Shown one piece after another: positions 35,837 to 50,300 of a stretch of DNA of 64,000 bases. Each line of letters opens with the position of its first letter. Positions within the stretch are counted from its first letter, which is position 1. Made by a program: the position numbers and the translations under genes. The notes beneath the pieces were generated by a model that saw only the letters and a program-made list of their open reading frames with translations, did no database searches and had not been told where the DNA came from. The stretch spans positions 3,038,001-3,102,000 of the forward strand of contig JBHGNT010000007.1 in NCBI GenBank assembly GCA_043228905.1, in the 5' to 3' direction. This stretch comes from Azolla caroliniana. Its lineage: Eukaryota > Plantae > Polypodiophyta.

Positions 35837-38800
35837 ATGAAGATATCATCTCTCAGATGGAGATCGGTCATTTTCTTCCTCTCATGCACTCTCCTCCCTA
35901 TGTCAACACTAGCTGAAGCTAATACAAATCTTCACAAATTGCACAAATCTTCTTCTTCTTCTCAAGCATATGTTACTCTTCTTTACGGAGATGAATTTGC
36001 ACTGGGTGTTCGTGTCCTTGGCAAGTCATTAAAAGATACAGGAACAACAAAGGACATGGTTGCTCTCGTTTCTGATGGTGTTTCAGAAAAGATCGCCCAT
36101 CTTCTTCGGGTAACATTCTATTTTCTTTCTTTCTTTCTTTTTGGCTACTCTGAGATACCAATGTAAGATCGCAGGAAAACTAGATGATATTCATCTCTGA
36201 AAAAGAAACCTTTAAATGTAGAAGTAGATGAGGTTCACCTCCAAGTAATAGACCATCAATACCTTTGGTGAAATGACAGTCATTTATAGCATGCCCGATG
36301 CCAACAATCAAGTATCTCTACTTATTATCTGTAACCAATTTAAAGTAGAGGATTTACTTCCAAATGATGTATGTACGTAAAATCACAAACAAGATAATCA
36401 ATCATCCTCAGGTAGCATTTTCTTCTTTTTATTACTTTGGTACCAATGTAAGATCACTGGAATATCAGATGAAATTCGCCTCTCAACCATTCTATTTGAA
36501 CATTGTTGGTATCTTAAAGGACACAACCATTCATTTTCTTGAGGTAACATCGTGCTTCTTTTTTACTTATCATACCAATGTAAGGTTCACATCCCACTAC
36601 TGTATCAACAAGTCAAACAATGTCAAACTTGGAAACTCTCTGGGATGTGGAGAACGTCACAAAAAGGCCACTGAGAAGCTTTCGATAGAACTGACACCGC
36701 TTACAACTTGTCAAAGTTAGGTGGGATGAAATGCAGATAAAGTTGACATATGCGACTGTGGAGACCAATGTTAGATCACTGAAAAAGTAGACGGTGTTCA
36801 CCTCCAAATGATTAACCTTTGTAGCATCCTATGACAATTCTAGTGTATCTTTAGCATGTAAAATCACTGGAAAAGTAGTTGAGATTTACCCAACCAAAGA
36901 CCTTTATAGCATGCCCAATTGGCTATCTTTAGGATCTACTACTCTGAAACTGATGTAAGATCACAGTAAATTAGATGAGATTCACCGCCCAACTCCCAAC
37001 CATAGAGCTTTTATACGTCCTTTCAAGGACACCCGAATTACTACACTTTGCTGCATTTTACTTTTCTGATACCAATGCAAGATCACTGCAAAAAGAATGA
37101 TATTCATCTCCCAATGATAGGCCTTTGTAACACGCCGATGGGTGCTTCTTTTAGGGGTTGAGAAAAAATCCTTATATTTCCAAACCAATCAAAATACTTG
37201 CTGTTGAGATACTGGCTGGTTTTTTGAATATGAATGGGTAGAGAGACATACGTTTTACTAGATTATGTAAGGAAAACAAAATTTGAATGCCCTTTTTTCA
37301 TGTTACTACCATGTTAAAATATACTACCTTTGCTTTCAATGAGTTCCGCATCATTCTAATTCTACTGCATGTTTATCTTTCTGTAGGTACACTCTTGAGT
37401 TTTCAGTGTTAGGAAAAACATGCGTCATTCACTAAAACTTGCTGGCTGGATATATTTCTAAATAAAATTAAATATTGAAAAAATGTATAAACTGGTGATA
37501 ATTTTTCTGTAAATTTTTGGTATTTCTGATAATTTTGTATTATTTCATCCATAAAAATGAACCTCAGCAGATTAGGTGAAGTTTTTTTCATGATCACTCC
37601 TACATATCAATGCTTCAATTTCCACTTGAATTACAAAAAAGGAATATGCTATTGTCCCTTTTTAATGCCCATGGGGAGGTGTGAACATGTGCGTGCCATA
37701 GTGTTTCTAATCTGTTTTTAGCATTTGTTTTAACAGCTCTTACAAAAAAGGAATAGGACCTTGCCTTTATGTATGCATATGGATGTATAATGCTGTTGTC
37801 TCCTCATGTGCATGGTGATGTCTGCACATCTACATGACATGATGTCTATCGTCTATTGTGAATCCCTTTTGTAGCTTTTATAAAGAATGAACATGGATTT
37901 TATATGCATGAGGAGGTCTGAGGGTGCATATGCCATTGTCTGCATAGTTTAAACTCTCAATTTTCCATTCATGGCAGGACAGGCTGATGGTTGGATCGTC
38001 CAAAAAATCAACTTGTTAGCGAATCCAAACAGCCGAAGGCCTAAGCGTTTTTGGGGTGTTTACACTAAGCTAAAAATCTTCAACATGACAAATTACAAGA
38101 AAGGTAGAAAATATTTGTTTTTTGCCACAGTTAAAAATAGCTACACTAACATGCATGGTATATCTACAGTTGTATACCTTGATGCCGACACCGTAGTGCG
38201 AAAGAACATAGAGGATCTTTTTTTATGTGAGAAATTTTGTGCAAACCTTAAGCACTCTGAGAGGCTCAATTCAGGCGTAATGGTCGTTGAACCATCTCAT
38301 GAGGTTTTTAAAGACATGCTGACCAAAGTGGCGACTTTACCATCATACACAGGAGGTTATATGCTTTCAGTATGTTAACATTTACCCAGGTTTTTCTGGC
38401 TTCTCACATTTATCGAGCTGTTTTAAGTGCAGGGGATCAAGGTTTTTTAAATTCTTACTATTCAGAGTTTCCAAATGCTAAGCTTTTTAATCCTCATTTA
38501 TCTGAAGAAGAAAGGCATTTAAGGGGGCCAGTGATGATGGAGAGACTTTCTACCCTGTACAATGCTGACGTGGGTCTCTACATGCTTGCAAACAAGGTAA
38601 GGCTGTCGAGTCTAACCCATGATTTGACATCTTGCATCTATAGCCAATTTGATTTTCATACTTTTCGATGGTCCTTTTGAACCATAATCTTCACATTTGG
38701 TAAACAGTGTCCTTTGTTGGAGTGCATACTTTGGTCATATCGTTATCTTCGTGTTATCTTTGAGACGCTGCTTTTGCAGAACTCTTTATGACCTCTGGTG

Positions 38801-41800
38801 AGTTCCTTGAGGGGTGACACTTTAATATCATCTCATGGACTGGGGGCTAAATGCAACTTGTTTTTTTATCACTGGCATATGGTAGACCGTAGAATTAAAT
38901 TAATATTACCCATCTGGTTTGTACATTGGATATGAGAAAACTTTCAGTATCAGAAGGATAAAATAAGAAACTTAATATCCTTTGCTTATACACTGAAAAG
39001 GGTTTGACAGCCTCTTAGGAAATACAAGGAAGAAAAAGACAACACAAGCTTAAAACAAGACAGTACAAGCTTAAAGAAACAAGTTTTTCCTCTTAGTTGG
39101 AGTAAATAGCATCAGTATTTTCTTTTTGAGCAGGATAAATTATTGGGATGGATGCCTTAGGCTGATTACAATATTTTTATTTGTGAGTTGCATTTTCATG
39201 AAGTTTTTCTGGATTGTAGCCATTTTCAGTATAAGTGGATAAATATGAAGACATTAGAAAATAGGTAACAAAGGTGAGATGCAATTTGATTTGATTCAGA
39301 CCATAATTGTTAAAAACTGTGTATTTTATGTTTAGAATACGTTTTAGAATTCTCTGAAGTATTCTACACATATTCTATGTAACAAGAATTTAAAATTTTA
39401 AAATTTTAAAAACTTTAAAATTTGAAGAAGTATCTAATTTATTCTATGTTTTTAATCTATTTTATCTGTAGAATATGTATTTTTAGTATTTAAAAAAAGG
39501 GTAGAATACTTTTAGAATATTAGCATACGTATCGTACGCATATTGTATATAAATATTCTAAAACTATGATTCCGACTTCCCATCATCATTTTTAAATTAC
39601 CTTGATCATAGTCTTGTATGTTTATCAGATGTGTGCATTGTATCTGAGATGCTTTATATGCATGTGCTGACTCGTTATGATATGGAGGTTATGCTCATTC
39701 TCTGTTGGTTACAAGTTCACTTTGTAACAGTGGATGGTTGATGAATCGGAACTAAGAATAATTCATTATACTCTCGGTCCATTAAAACCATGGGATTGGT
39801 GGACAGCTTGGCTTTTAGAACCAGTTCGGTATTGGCAGGTACATGGCCAAGGAATTTTACAACGTGGTTTTTTCAGAGTCGTTTGAAATACCTACTTTTG
39901 TGCTGAAAGTTCACTCACAACACTGAAATCATAGGATGTTCGTGTAACCTTAGAAGAATCATTGCCAGGGACAAGTGGTGGCCAAGATCCTCATGTGCAA
40001 CTGTTCATATGGGCATTGGTCACAGCTCCAATCCTCATCGTACTCTTCCTTTGTCGTAGCTGTCTCTCTGAGGTAAACTGTCTCGTGGTAGTTTCTGTTG
40101 AAGATTTGAAAATTGATTTTGTAATGTCACTTAGACTGAATGCCACTTTTTTCTATTTTATGCTTCCAGTTTCATAAGTGCCATTTGTGGAATGGATCGT
40201 TGTTTCGCTTTACCAGGAACTTTGTATATAAATATTCTAGTGTCAACATATCTCTGCCTCACATTTCAAATTTACAGGTCAGAACTTAAAAACCGCTTTT
40301 ATATATGGTTACGGAACTGTTTAACATAACATTGTTTTAGGGTTTCTCTAAGGGAATGGATACAGTACTTGAAAAGCAAAATGCTAACACTGTACTAGTG
40401 GCCAAATATTTTTGAATTTCTGGATGGAATGTAAAGAAGTCATAGCTTGTCATTTAGTAGTTTTGAGATCTTCCACTGTAGTGTGATCTATCTATGCATT
40501 TCATCCTTTCAAAGTATGTGCGTATCTGTGTCTACTTAAAGATAAAGTGATTTTGAGGTTTATTTCTCAGAAGTTGTGTCACTTTTTAAGATAAATTTTT
40601 GAACTTTGAATCAAATGGTGCAGTATTCAAATGGGGTATCTGGACTAGGCCCAAACAATGTGAAAGTGCCTGCTGCTCTTGGAGGGCTTTCTATTGCTGC
40701 ATGCTTCCTTTCTGCTGGGATATCTTTTGGTGTTGCATTGTTCCTCATACCAAGACAGGTTAGCATATGGGTTCCACGTAACAGTCAGTAACGGTTCGGT
40801 TTGAACTGAACCGAACCATGAAACCGTGGCTTAACAGTTTAAACGGTTCTGGTCAAGTTCATGTTTTTTTAATCAGTTTTCGGTTCGGTTTCAACAGTCA
40901 GAAACCACAGTTTAATGGTTTTTAATTATTTTTTTGGTATGGGAATAGGTTTTAGTCGCTAGGATTCCTCCACCAGTGTAATCAAACGTTTGCATTGATG
41001 ATCATTTAATAGTTAAGAATGATGACTTTTGGAAACCACTTGTAACAATCATTTGGCATTAGCTGGTTGTATACTGAATATGAGCTTTGATGCATATTTT
41101 ATTTTGTTTGGTTTTCTATGTGTAGGTCATGCCTCTGACAGGGTTGCTACTGCTGTATGAATGGACATTCTTCCTCTTCTCCTTGCTATATGGGTTGTAT
41201 TTGGAAGCCATGTCTGCCTGGGGGAAAATGTTATTAGGATCGTCAGTGATAGTAACAAGTCCTCTTCAGCATGATTCTGGAAAAGGTAAGAGATTTTTCA
41301 TTATTCCCCCAAATGTTCCTGCAAATGCCCTTAATGAAATCAACCCCTCAAGGTGCTACTTTGATTGTCAATTTATGCCATTTCCTCAGTTGTATGTGTT
41401 ATTTGAGCTATTAAAAGATCAATTCATAATTTTTTTCTTTCTGGGGTTGACCAAGGCCATTTGGGCAAATAATGAAAATTTAGGGCATTTAGAAAAATAA
41501 AGCAACAAACATGACTATTTCATAGTTTTTCCTACATTGTTTATGTATGTACTCCTTACTCTTAATGCATGCAACCACTATGCTGTGAACAACCTACGAA
41601 CACTGCTCTATGAAATTTCTTTCTATTCTTATGCTGCCATGAAGTAGTTTTTATTCATTTGTTAAAGTTGACACATTGTATCACTGGTGGGAAACCGCAA
41701 TATGAGGTGAAAACCCAATCACTAACATTCAAGTGCAGTTATTAAGTGAAAAGGGTTGGAATGGAGCTTTAAGTGTCATACACATCAGAGATAGTGGCGT

Positions 41801-42541
41801 CACTTTTGTTTTATTTCCAACCATGCAGGCAATAGACATTCAGCCACTTGGGATAATCAGACTGTACTCTATTCTGTTGGCATGGCAAGCCTGGCAATAC
41901 TTGCACCGGGGCTTCCTTTATTATTTGGCGTTACTGCTCTCTTCTCTCGGTATGTCATAATATACATAGAAGTGAATTAATGATGTGATGATTGTATCCG
42001 CATTACGTTGATATTTGTGTAGAAACAAAAGATATTAGTTGATGTTTGAAAAAAGTATATATATGATGAATAAAAGCATTCTAAATTAGGCAGGTGCAAG
42101 ACAAAAAACATTATTGGGTTGTGTAGATGTTATAGGTAGAAACTTTGGCTTGTATTTGTTTCAGCAGATAACAGAAAACACAGTTGGGGTTGTATCTATT
42201 TCAGCATATAAATACAAATGGTGGACTTCTGCATCAGTGAAACCACTCATAATCTTGTACTTAGCTAATTAATATACCCAACACTTGCATGTAAATTAGG
42301 CTTCAATTATTACAAGTTGTTCTACAGCATGATCTCCATTATCTTTGGTCAACCACTTCCTATTTGCTAACAATTGCTCTGGTTGTGGTGGCACAGCCTC
42401 GGCATGGTGATTGGAGGAGCTATGTTATTGGTTTCTTTTATGACATATGCATCCCAACAACTTGGGGTTCAATGGTTTCTTCGTGGGCGAGATTTTGCAA
42501 ATAATCAAGGTCGTCTTGCATCTGATTTCACTAGATTATGA
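35837..42541 (+). CDS. IPUT1: Inositol phosphorylceramide glucuronosyltransferase (GT8, PGSIP6/IPUT1 type), about 552 aa, 11 exons
   Basis: Exons 35837-36109, 37983-38103, 38170-38355, 38433-38596, 39731-39838, 39935-40072, 40170-40277, 40624-40758, 41126-41285, 41829-41949, 42397-42541 (1659 nt). Signal peptide; AYVTLLYGDEF.LGVRVLGKS; RFWGVYTKLKIFNMT; VYLDAD (DxD); NLKHSERLNSGVMVVEPS; YTGGDQGFLNSYY; HYTLGPLKPWDWWT; multi-TM C-terminus. Confidence 0.95.
36090..37130. repeat. Degenerate tandem repeat in IPUT1 intron 1
   Basis: taccaatgtaagatcact..aa..agatga(t/g)(a/g)ttca(c/t)ctc core near 36157, 36440, 36573, 36763, 36950 and 37069. Confidence 0.75.
39302..39568. mobile_element. hAT-type MITE in IPUT1 intron 4
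   Basis: Imperfect TIRs (cataattgttaaaa / ttctaaaactatg) flanked by 8-bp direct repeats attcagac (39294-39301) and attccgac (39569-39576), a 7/8 match. AT-rich body with repeated tagaat/attcta. Confidence 0.7.
40770..40925. mobile_element. MITE-like fragment with ggttcggtt/aaccgaacc subterminal motifs in IPUT1 intron 8
   Basis: Clustered ggttcggtt, aaccgaacc, gaaaccgtgg and gaaaccac motifs; the same family recurs at 45600-45910. Confidence 0.6.
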
Positions 42542-45039
42542 GGCCATCTCTCCACAATAACTTTTGCTATTCCATCTTATTTGTAAATGTTTCTGTATAA
42601 TATACGTGAAACAGTGTGAGTTTAATGCCATCTGAGGACAAATTGATCAAGATCTGCACACCAAATGGGAGCTATTCTTTTTGTAGCAAGTAGAAAAGTA
42701 AAATAAATTTTATACTACTGTATAAATCTGTTCTTTTATTTTTTACCATATTAACTTGAGTTATGAAGCGCCTAATTCAGTATTCAGTATTCCGTCATGG
42801 GCTCATGTTTTTAGATTATTTAATAAGCCTTGCACTAATTGCTGATTGTAGCCATTTTATTAGCTTTTGTATTATAATAAATTAGCTCCGGAGTACCACT
42901 TTGGAGCCATTCATTTTTTAACTCAGAATAAAGGAGGTTGATTCACAGCTTGTGATGTGATTAAAGAAAAAACTAATGGAGTAAATCACCCAGTGATGAT
43001 TTTGTACACATTACTTATATCTCCTATGAATTGAATAGTCCGGTGAAGTTCTCATATTGTGTTGGGCCTTGCGAGAAGTGGCATGTTATAAATGCACTTT
43101 TTCATTGGAAGGTGGGGTTACTTGGATGTTATCAAGACCCGACTGCATAAAATATTATTTGAAATATTTGAAATATCCTAGTGAGAGGATTCTAGGATAT
43201 CAAGGAATGCTCAATTTGGAGTCGTGAAAATTTCAGTTCTTCATTTGAAACTTAGCTCCAAATGTGCTCGAATGGAAATCTCTTTCTTGTAGGTTAAGAG
43301 AAAATCATTTTCAAATGTTCCAAAAGCTTGAAATGCCCAAATTGAGTTCAAAATTATCGTACTCCCCTATTGGTGATGTGGTGAGAAGTTTGTTAGTGAA
43401 TGCTATGTTGGTGATCTGGAGCACTTCAATTCGCAACACAAGGATGCCAATTGATAGCTTATGAAATAAAAACATTCAAATTGAATAAAGCAAAAATCAA
43501 TTGCATGCACGTAAAACTTCTAGGTGTGTTGCATCGATGTCACACCTTTCTCCTTGTCAAGGCCATTGTTCGAATCAAATTACTATGTACATTACCGAAG
43601 GCGAAATTGGTGGTGGTGGTTGTCAAACATTGCAAATCTTCTCTAAATATCTTTAGTTAGTTGACAAACTTGTTCTCACATTTTCACCCTAAGTTAAGTT
43701 GATTAAGAAAGTATTGCACTCATCATAGGATGTAACAAATAGTATTGAGTGCAATGAAGTTACAAACATCTTAATGATGAAAAATCATACCTTGCTTTAT
43801 TAATCAAGTTACCAAACTATTGTAAGATTAATTTTTTAGTTTTAAGATTAAGACTTAAGTACTTAAACAATGAGAAATATACAAATCACATACTTGGAGT
43901 GAAAACAGAAGAAGCTTAATGAGGAAAGATCAATCATTTTTATTAATAAAGTTATCAAGCTACTCTACAAAATTAGACTTCAAGTTTAAGATTTAAGTAC
44001 CAACTCGGAGTGAAAAATGAAACTCTTGAGAAGAGTAAAAAAGTTACCTTCATTGTTCTCTTACAAAACCACTCCCAAGGTCATTTTACACTTTGATGAA
44101 GCATCCACGATCCTTACACTTTGATGAAGCCTCCTTCTTGGCCACTATGGGTGCACTACTTCATGTTTCACATGTGAGGCATACTTTACTTGGTTGAGGG
44201 TTGGGGCTACAAGGGGGAGCAATACATGGGGAATGCATTGTCAGAGAATATTTGAGGTGAATGTTTTTGTCATGCAGTGTGTGTGAATGGAGAAAGGCGC
44301 CAAACATTCAAGTTTTGCAATTGATCAAGATTGTGGTTGAAGTGAACACGAGAATAAAAAGTCGGGACAAGGAAGCCCAGATAAACGATGATAATAACTA
44401 TTTTATTAGAAGTGTAGAAATATTCCTAGTTGTGTAAGTAGTGACTTGGATGAATGGTGTAACGACTAGTGAGGTTAAATGCCCTTCCCTAGATCAGTTA
44501 TTGAACATCCATAGTATAACATAAGGTAATATTCAGTGGTATGGGACACCTTCGGGTTAGGTGTGGATTAATTCATAAGGAATGAAGTGTAACCTTTGTC
44601 CCACACATCTATCTGAAAGAGCGGTTAGGAGCATAACCATAACCATAGTTCTAAACTTAGGATGAGGTGTGGCTCGTGGGTTAATTCATAAGGAATGAAG
44701 TGTATGGGTCAAGTTATTCTCGATCCTATGGTGGGAGATAGCTTTAGAGAGTTTCATCACTTGACCACTTATAATAAAGCAGGCTAGTGTGAAATAAACA
44801 AGGGCATATGCTTTAAGCCTACACAAGAAGGTTAACTACTTTCATGAAGGGGATCGTCTTTACTATTTTTTATATGCCAAATCTTTAGCTTTATACACGT
44901 GTTCCTCTTTTTTCAAACCCAAGGTATGATCCATGTCCGAAGTCATTGGTATTAGACAACGGTGGGGGACTCAAATATGCTCCTCACCTTTGCTGACGGT
45001 GGTCGAGTGTTTAACACCATTTTTTCATTATTTTCTCAT

Positions 45040-45456
45040 TGATAAGAATTAGGGTTAATTAGTACCTAATTATGTGATTAAGTTAAGCGCAATATTAAGT
45101 GATATGTGTGTGAGAGGAAGAGAGAGAGAAGTACACTTATGAGCAACACAAGATGGGGGATGATTAACTCTATATTAAACTAGCATCATCAAATACAAAA
45201 ATACCCACAATGAGGTATATATACAACTCATGTGCAATGGTGCACATGTGTGAGTAGAATATAGGTAGAAGGATGTAAGTCCTATATTCAATATACTTGG
45301 TAGTGGAGGATCTTGAATGTATCCCCACTTACGTACAAGTACAAAATCCTATTTAAGGGTTTATAGTCAACACTCATAACTAGATTCTATCTAGGTAACT
45401 ACGAAGTTACATGGTTGACAAATTAACTAAAGTAAGTTGAGCTTGATCTCTCAACA
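45040..45456 (-). mobile_element. LTR remnant (TG...CA)
   Basis: Starts tgataagaa and ends tctcaaca, followed by ctcctt (a decayed reverse PPT). Shares the 20-mer aagtgatatgtgtgtgagag and the terminal aagttgag.ttgat..ctcaaca with the LTR at 55684-56754. Confidence 0.6.
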
Positions 45457-45599
45457 CTCCTTAATTTTGGTTAACATTAATTTAGATTGTTACACAAATG
45501 CAACAATGATCTTATTTCTCGTGTCTGGTTGGATGAAGCCATTGACAAAAGGTCATGTGAGAGTGTGGCCATTTGTTATAGATGTTTGTTATGCTTTTA

Positions 45600-45910
45600 T
45601 TGGTTTAAACAGTTCGGTTCAGTTAGAAACCGTGGTTTAACGATTTTATTTTATTTTTAAATTTAAAAAAAAATTAAAATTTGTTTTAAAACAATCTTTC
45701 ATTTTCAAGCCTTATTCCCACATTTTAGAAAATCTTTAAAATTTTGAAATTTTAAAATAATGAAATATTTTAATTTTTAAAATTTAAAAATTGAAATTTG
45801 ACCTAACTTGAAAACCAAAACCGAACCACGAAACCACGGTTTTAATGGTTTAATGGTTTGAAACATTTTTTATGGTTCGGTTTAACAGTTTTGGGGTTCG
45901 GTTAATCGTT
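45600..45910. mobile_element. MITE-like element, same family as 40770-40925
   Basis: gttcggtt, gaaaccgtgg, aaccgaacc and gaaaccacgg motifs flank an extremely AT-rich core. Confidence 0.6.
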
Positions 45911-47317
45911 GTTGATTGTTATATACATAGTACGTAAAATTCGTGTTCGTCTAGTTTAACATTCGTTTTCCTACGTTGGAAAACGAATGCGAATGTTATC
46001 CAAACATTCTTGTATTTTTTTTCCCACTTTTTAAATGTTTTTTGTTGTTTTTTTTTCATTCTTAGGCTTATCTACCTCATAATAAATAGTTAATCCAAAA
46101 GTATGGTATTTATCATTCTTTGAGGGTGTTTTTCTTTCACGAATGAGAATGCACGTATGGTACGTATGGTTCATACTATGGTTATATATATATATAGCAA
46201 AGTGTGTAGAGCAATATATAAGCTTGATCATATTCAACGACACCCTATCTCTGTCTTCATATGCACAAACATGAGAGGAAGTGAAGCAAACCAAACTCAT
46301 TGTCCTCTTGGAGGTATGGTACAAGTGATCTTGAAGGGGTGGGTTGAAATGACGAGCTCAACCACACATTGTATGAAAATGCACATTGCTAGGGCACATG
46401 TGTATGTGTGGGACTTGACTTTGCATTGAATGATGTGGATACTTAATATATCTAACCACTCTCCTATCATGCTAAACTAATATTAAGTTCCATGTGTGCA
46501 CACACACACAAACCAATCGTCTTCTTCTTGTACCTAGTTGTCGATAATCATTTGACCATGTAGAATCCTTGCCATTCTAATCCTCCATCGTTTCGTTGAT
46601 ACAAATGATTGCATTTGATATATTCTCTCTCCCCCCACTCACACCACACCCCCCTTCACATATTAACACATGTCATACACATGCTCTATTTAATCTATTT
46701 TTGCTACACAAAAACTCCATCCTTGAGTTTCTTAATGAGAAGAAGTGACGTCACACTTAAACAACCTAGTCATCAATGGTTTCAAGCAATGAATGCCAAA
46801 GCTGTGGCAATTTCAAAGTGGAATGTGAGTGGCAAATAATGACAAAGCACCAAAGCCTGGAAGACAAGATATCGAGCTGACAGATCATTCGAGCAAGTGT
46901 TGGATACGAGATGTAGAGATCCGAGAGAGGAAATGTCAGCTGGGGGGGGAAGCGGAGGCTTGATGGGCTTCACCAGAGGAGCAACGATTAGAATGAGAAG
47001 GAGAGTAGACAAATAGATAAGTCAAGATATTTTTTTAGCTTGTCCAGGTGAGAGAATACATAATGAAATAGGAGGTGAGGGGTAGTCTCCGAATTTGGGG
47101 AAAACTGGGAGGAATGGGTGGGGGCTAGTTTTGTAATTTGGACACAAATGCTTCTTCCTCGCTCTCTCTCTCTCTCTCTGAAATGAGAAGAGAACCTCAT
47201 CCGTTCGAATCCAACCTCGTCATCTGCTCCCCCTCCCCTGTTTCTCTGTTTCTTCATTCTTTTTCATTCTTCATTCTTCATTCTTCATTCTTCTGCTTTT
47301 TCTTTCTTCCGTTGAGT

Positions 47318-50300
47318 ATGATCCGTCAAAGCTCTCAACTTGCAGATGTCCATTTCAGAGAAATGGATGGAGAAGCCCTCAAAGTATGTATATAATACAC
47401 ACACACACACACACATATATATTTCTGTCTTTAAAGCTTAAAATTAATTCCCCGTACAATATAATATCTCTTCTCTTCGCCGTACGATATACAATCCCTC
47501 TCAGACTTGGGCGTGTTTCCAGATCAGTGCTGAATGTACAGAGAGGGATATCGATTACTTTATGAAGTTTTTTAACATATTTTGTTTCGTTTATTATTAT
47601 TATTATTATTACAGAAACATGCAAGGATATGGCTAGAGACTGTGTTGGATGAGAGGTTTGATGGTGAAACAAGTCTCGCAGAACTTCTAGTAAATGGTGA
47701 AATCTTGTAAGTTAGATAGATGACAGAAAATCATAAGGATATATATTAAATTTATATTACAGCAATATAAACCTTTTTTTTTCTCGAAAAAATGCTTATT
47801 TAATCTTTGATCGTCAACATAATGTTTGTTCTTGGAGAAGGCACATAGTTTAGTATTGGATACAATAATGGCATTTTCAATTATGTCTTGTTCTATTTGT
47901 TTCTAATATACTTCAGGCCTAGTTCAGAATGAACATTCAGACAGAAATTTACGCTGGCACAAAACAATTGGCCCACAATTCACAATCCAACTGTGATGAC
48001 ATAGAAGGCATGTGTACTCATGCCTCCTTTGATGCTGATGTTGTTACAAAATAATTGGTCGCAAAAAACTGGGAAGTTAAGCAGCCACATTGATGATGCT
48101 ATGACCAAAATCCTTAGTGCATGAAATGCAATGCAACACACATGCTCCTTCGATGCCTCCATGGATTCTGATGTGGTGCAGATTTATTGGCAATAAATCA
48201 CAATGCAGCCGTGCATAGGTCTACTTGCTTGATTCTTCTGTTGATGCTGTTGTGACAACAAGTCATTGGCCATGAATCACAATGCAAACATGAATAGGCA
48301 TGCATTCCATTGATGCTGGTGCAGAATCATTGACTGCGAGAAAAGTGGGTGGACAACTTCTTGTCCTGCTGGCGAGGCATTCTCAATTCCTCCATTGATG
48401 CTGGAACATCTACTGTGAGAAAACTTGGGTTAGCAACTTCGTGTCCATCGAATTAGGTTTTCTCATTGATGCTGATATGGTGCATAATTATCCTCTGTCC
48501 AGCAAATGGCGATTAGTGTTGTAGAAGGCCCGGATTAGGTGAGCTATATACAGGTGGTGGTTCAATTTTCCATTTAATGTCAACGGTGACTACAGGTTTC
48601 TATGGAGCACCTCTTCAAGAAGCAACAAATTAAAGAAAGTAACTCGAATAAAGATTGAAATTGAAGAGTTTTTGGAGAGTTAGAAGTATATGCAAAGCTT
48701 GGGACTATGGATGGATGACTCTGAGCCATTCCACCTAACCTTGCCCACTTACTAAAGAGACAGACACCATGGCATATATTTGAAGGAGAATCCTGTAGAG
48801 AGTAGAACCAAATATGACGGTTATCAACTCAAATTCATTTTCTTTGGACAGTTTTTTATGGCCTTCTTTCTATAACTTCAATGAATGCATACACTTTTCC
48901 CCATTTAATTCACTCAGTGTAATGAAACCAGAAATTTATGTTTTGTCATTTGATACAGGGATAGAGTCTCGGCTAAAATTCGGAATGCGTTGCCTAAATA
49001 TTCTGAAGGGGAACCCATGTCTCCCAAGGCCCATCTTCTTGAACCTAAGCACAGTGGCAAGTACCTTCCATATTCTAATGTAGACTCTTTTATAAAGGTA
49101 AGGTCCTTACCTTCGTATAGTGACTCATGACCCCTTAAATGATCTACATTTTTTATATGATTTTAAGCCTTCTGAAAAACATTGTTGCAGTTATGCCAAA
49201 AACTTGGTTTGGCTGGCGTGGATCTCTTTTCTCCACCTGATGTTGTTGAAAAGAAAGACATACGGAAAGTGTGCTTATGTATTCGAGCTCTTTCAAAAAA
49301 AGCCCGGATCAAAGCTTTGGATGTAAGTGTTTACTATGAAGGCTATATTTTATTTGATCATAATTTAGATGGAACTGAAATCTAGCTCTTCGGAATTTGG
49401 AATAGTTACCGGATTTTGATTTGATTTCACACACACCAGTCACAATGCCAAAAGAGTTTGTTGGTGGCATTCGTGGCTCACTTAGTGCTGCCAGTAGTCC
49501 TGCTGGCCCAACAAATGCCGAGAATACACCAGATAAGGTTGGTCATTAGGAGTTGATGATATGATTATTTCATTCTGAGGTTTTTTGCATTCGTTAATAT
49601 GCAGGTTTGCATATATGGTGCTTTTGGAAAGATTTATTATAGATGATGCATGCTACAGAGATGTATTATAAAATTCATTCCTATACTGAAATGCTTCAGC
49701 AGGTAAAGCTCAGCCCCTTAAAGTTTAAAAGACCCTTTGGGCAAGATGAGACTTCTTCTTCAGAGTGTCTGGAAGATGAGAAAAAGAACTCTGATCTGTT
49801 TAATGAAGACAATGATGATGATCGTGATACATTAACAGCGACAAGGAACAATGACAGCTTGATCATTCCCGAAACACCCCCTGTTGAGGAAGATGATAGA
49901 AGTTTAGTCCCCTCTGATGATGAAAAGGGTTCCATTGAAAGCTTGTCTTTAGTGAACAAAACTGAGGCTATAAATGTTAAAAAAGAGTGCAACTCCATAG
50001 AGACTATTTCAAATGAAGGTATTTTGTCAAGTGAAACAGTGGATAATCAGTCTTTCTATCTCACATCCACGACAAGTGCAAGCAAAGATGATAATGCACA
50101 AAGCCACTTATCAGAAATGGTAATCTAGACTAATGATTTACTATATATCATTTGATATTCCAAGGTGCAATTTGATTCATCATTTTTGTTTTCCTTGCTC
50201 TCCTTTTTGAAGAGCATAACTTCACCAGGCTTAGGAAATACTGATGGAAAGGTCACCAAAAAGGGGAGGCTGTTTTTGCCTTTAATGGCTAGTGGAGTTG

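Noticed and set aside
46782-47257. Small ORFs and an 8-bp inverted repeat (agctgaca/tgtcagct) upstream of the CH-LysM gene
   Set aside because: No recognisable motif or splice structure, and the inverted repeat is too short to exceed chance.
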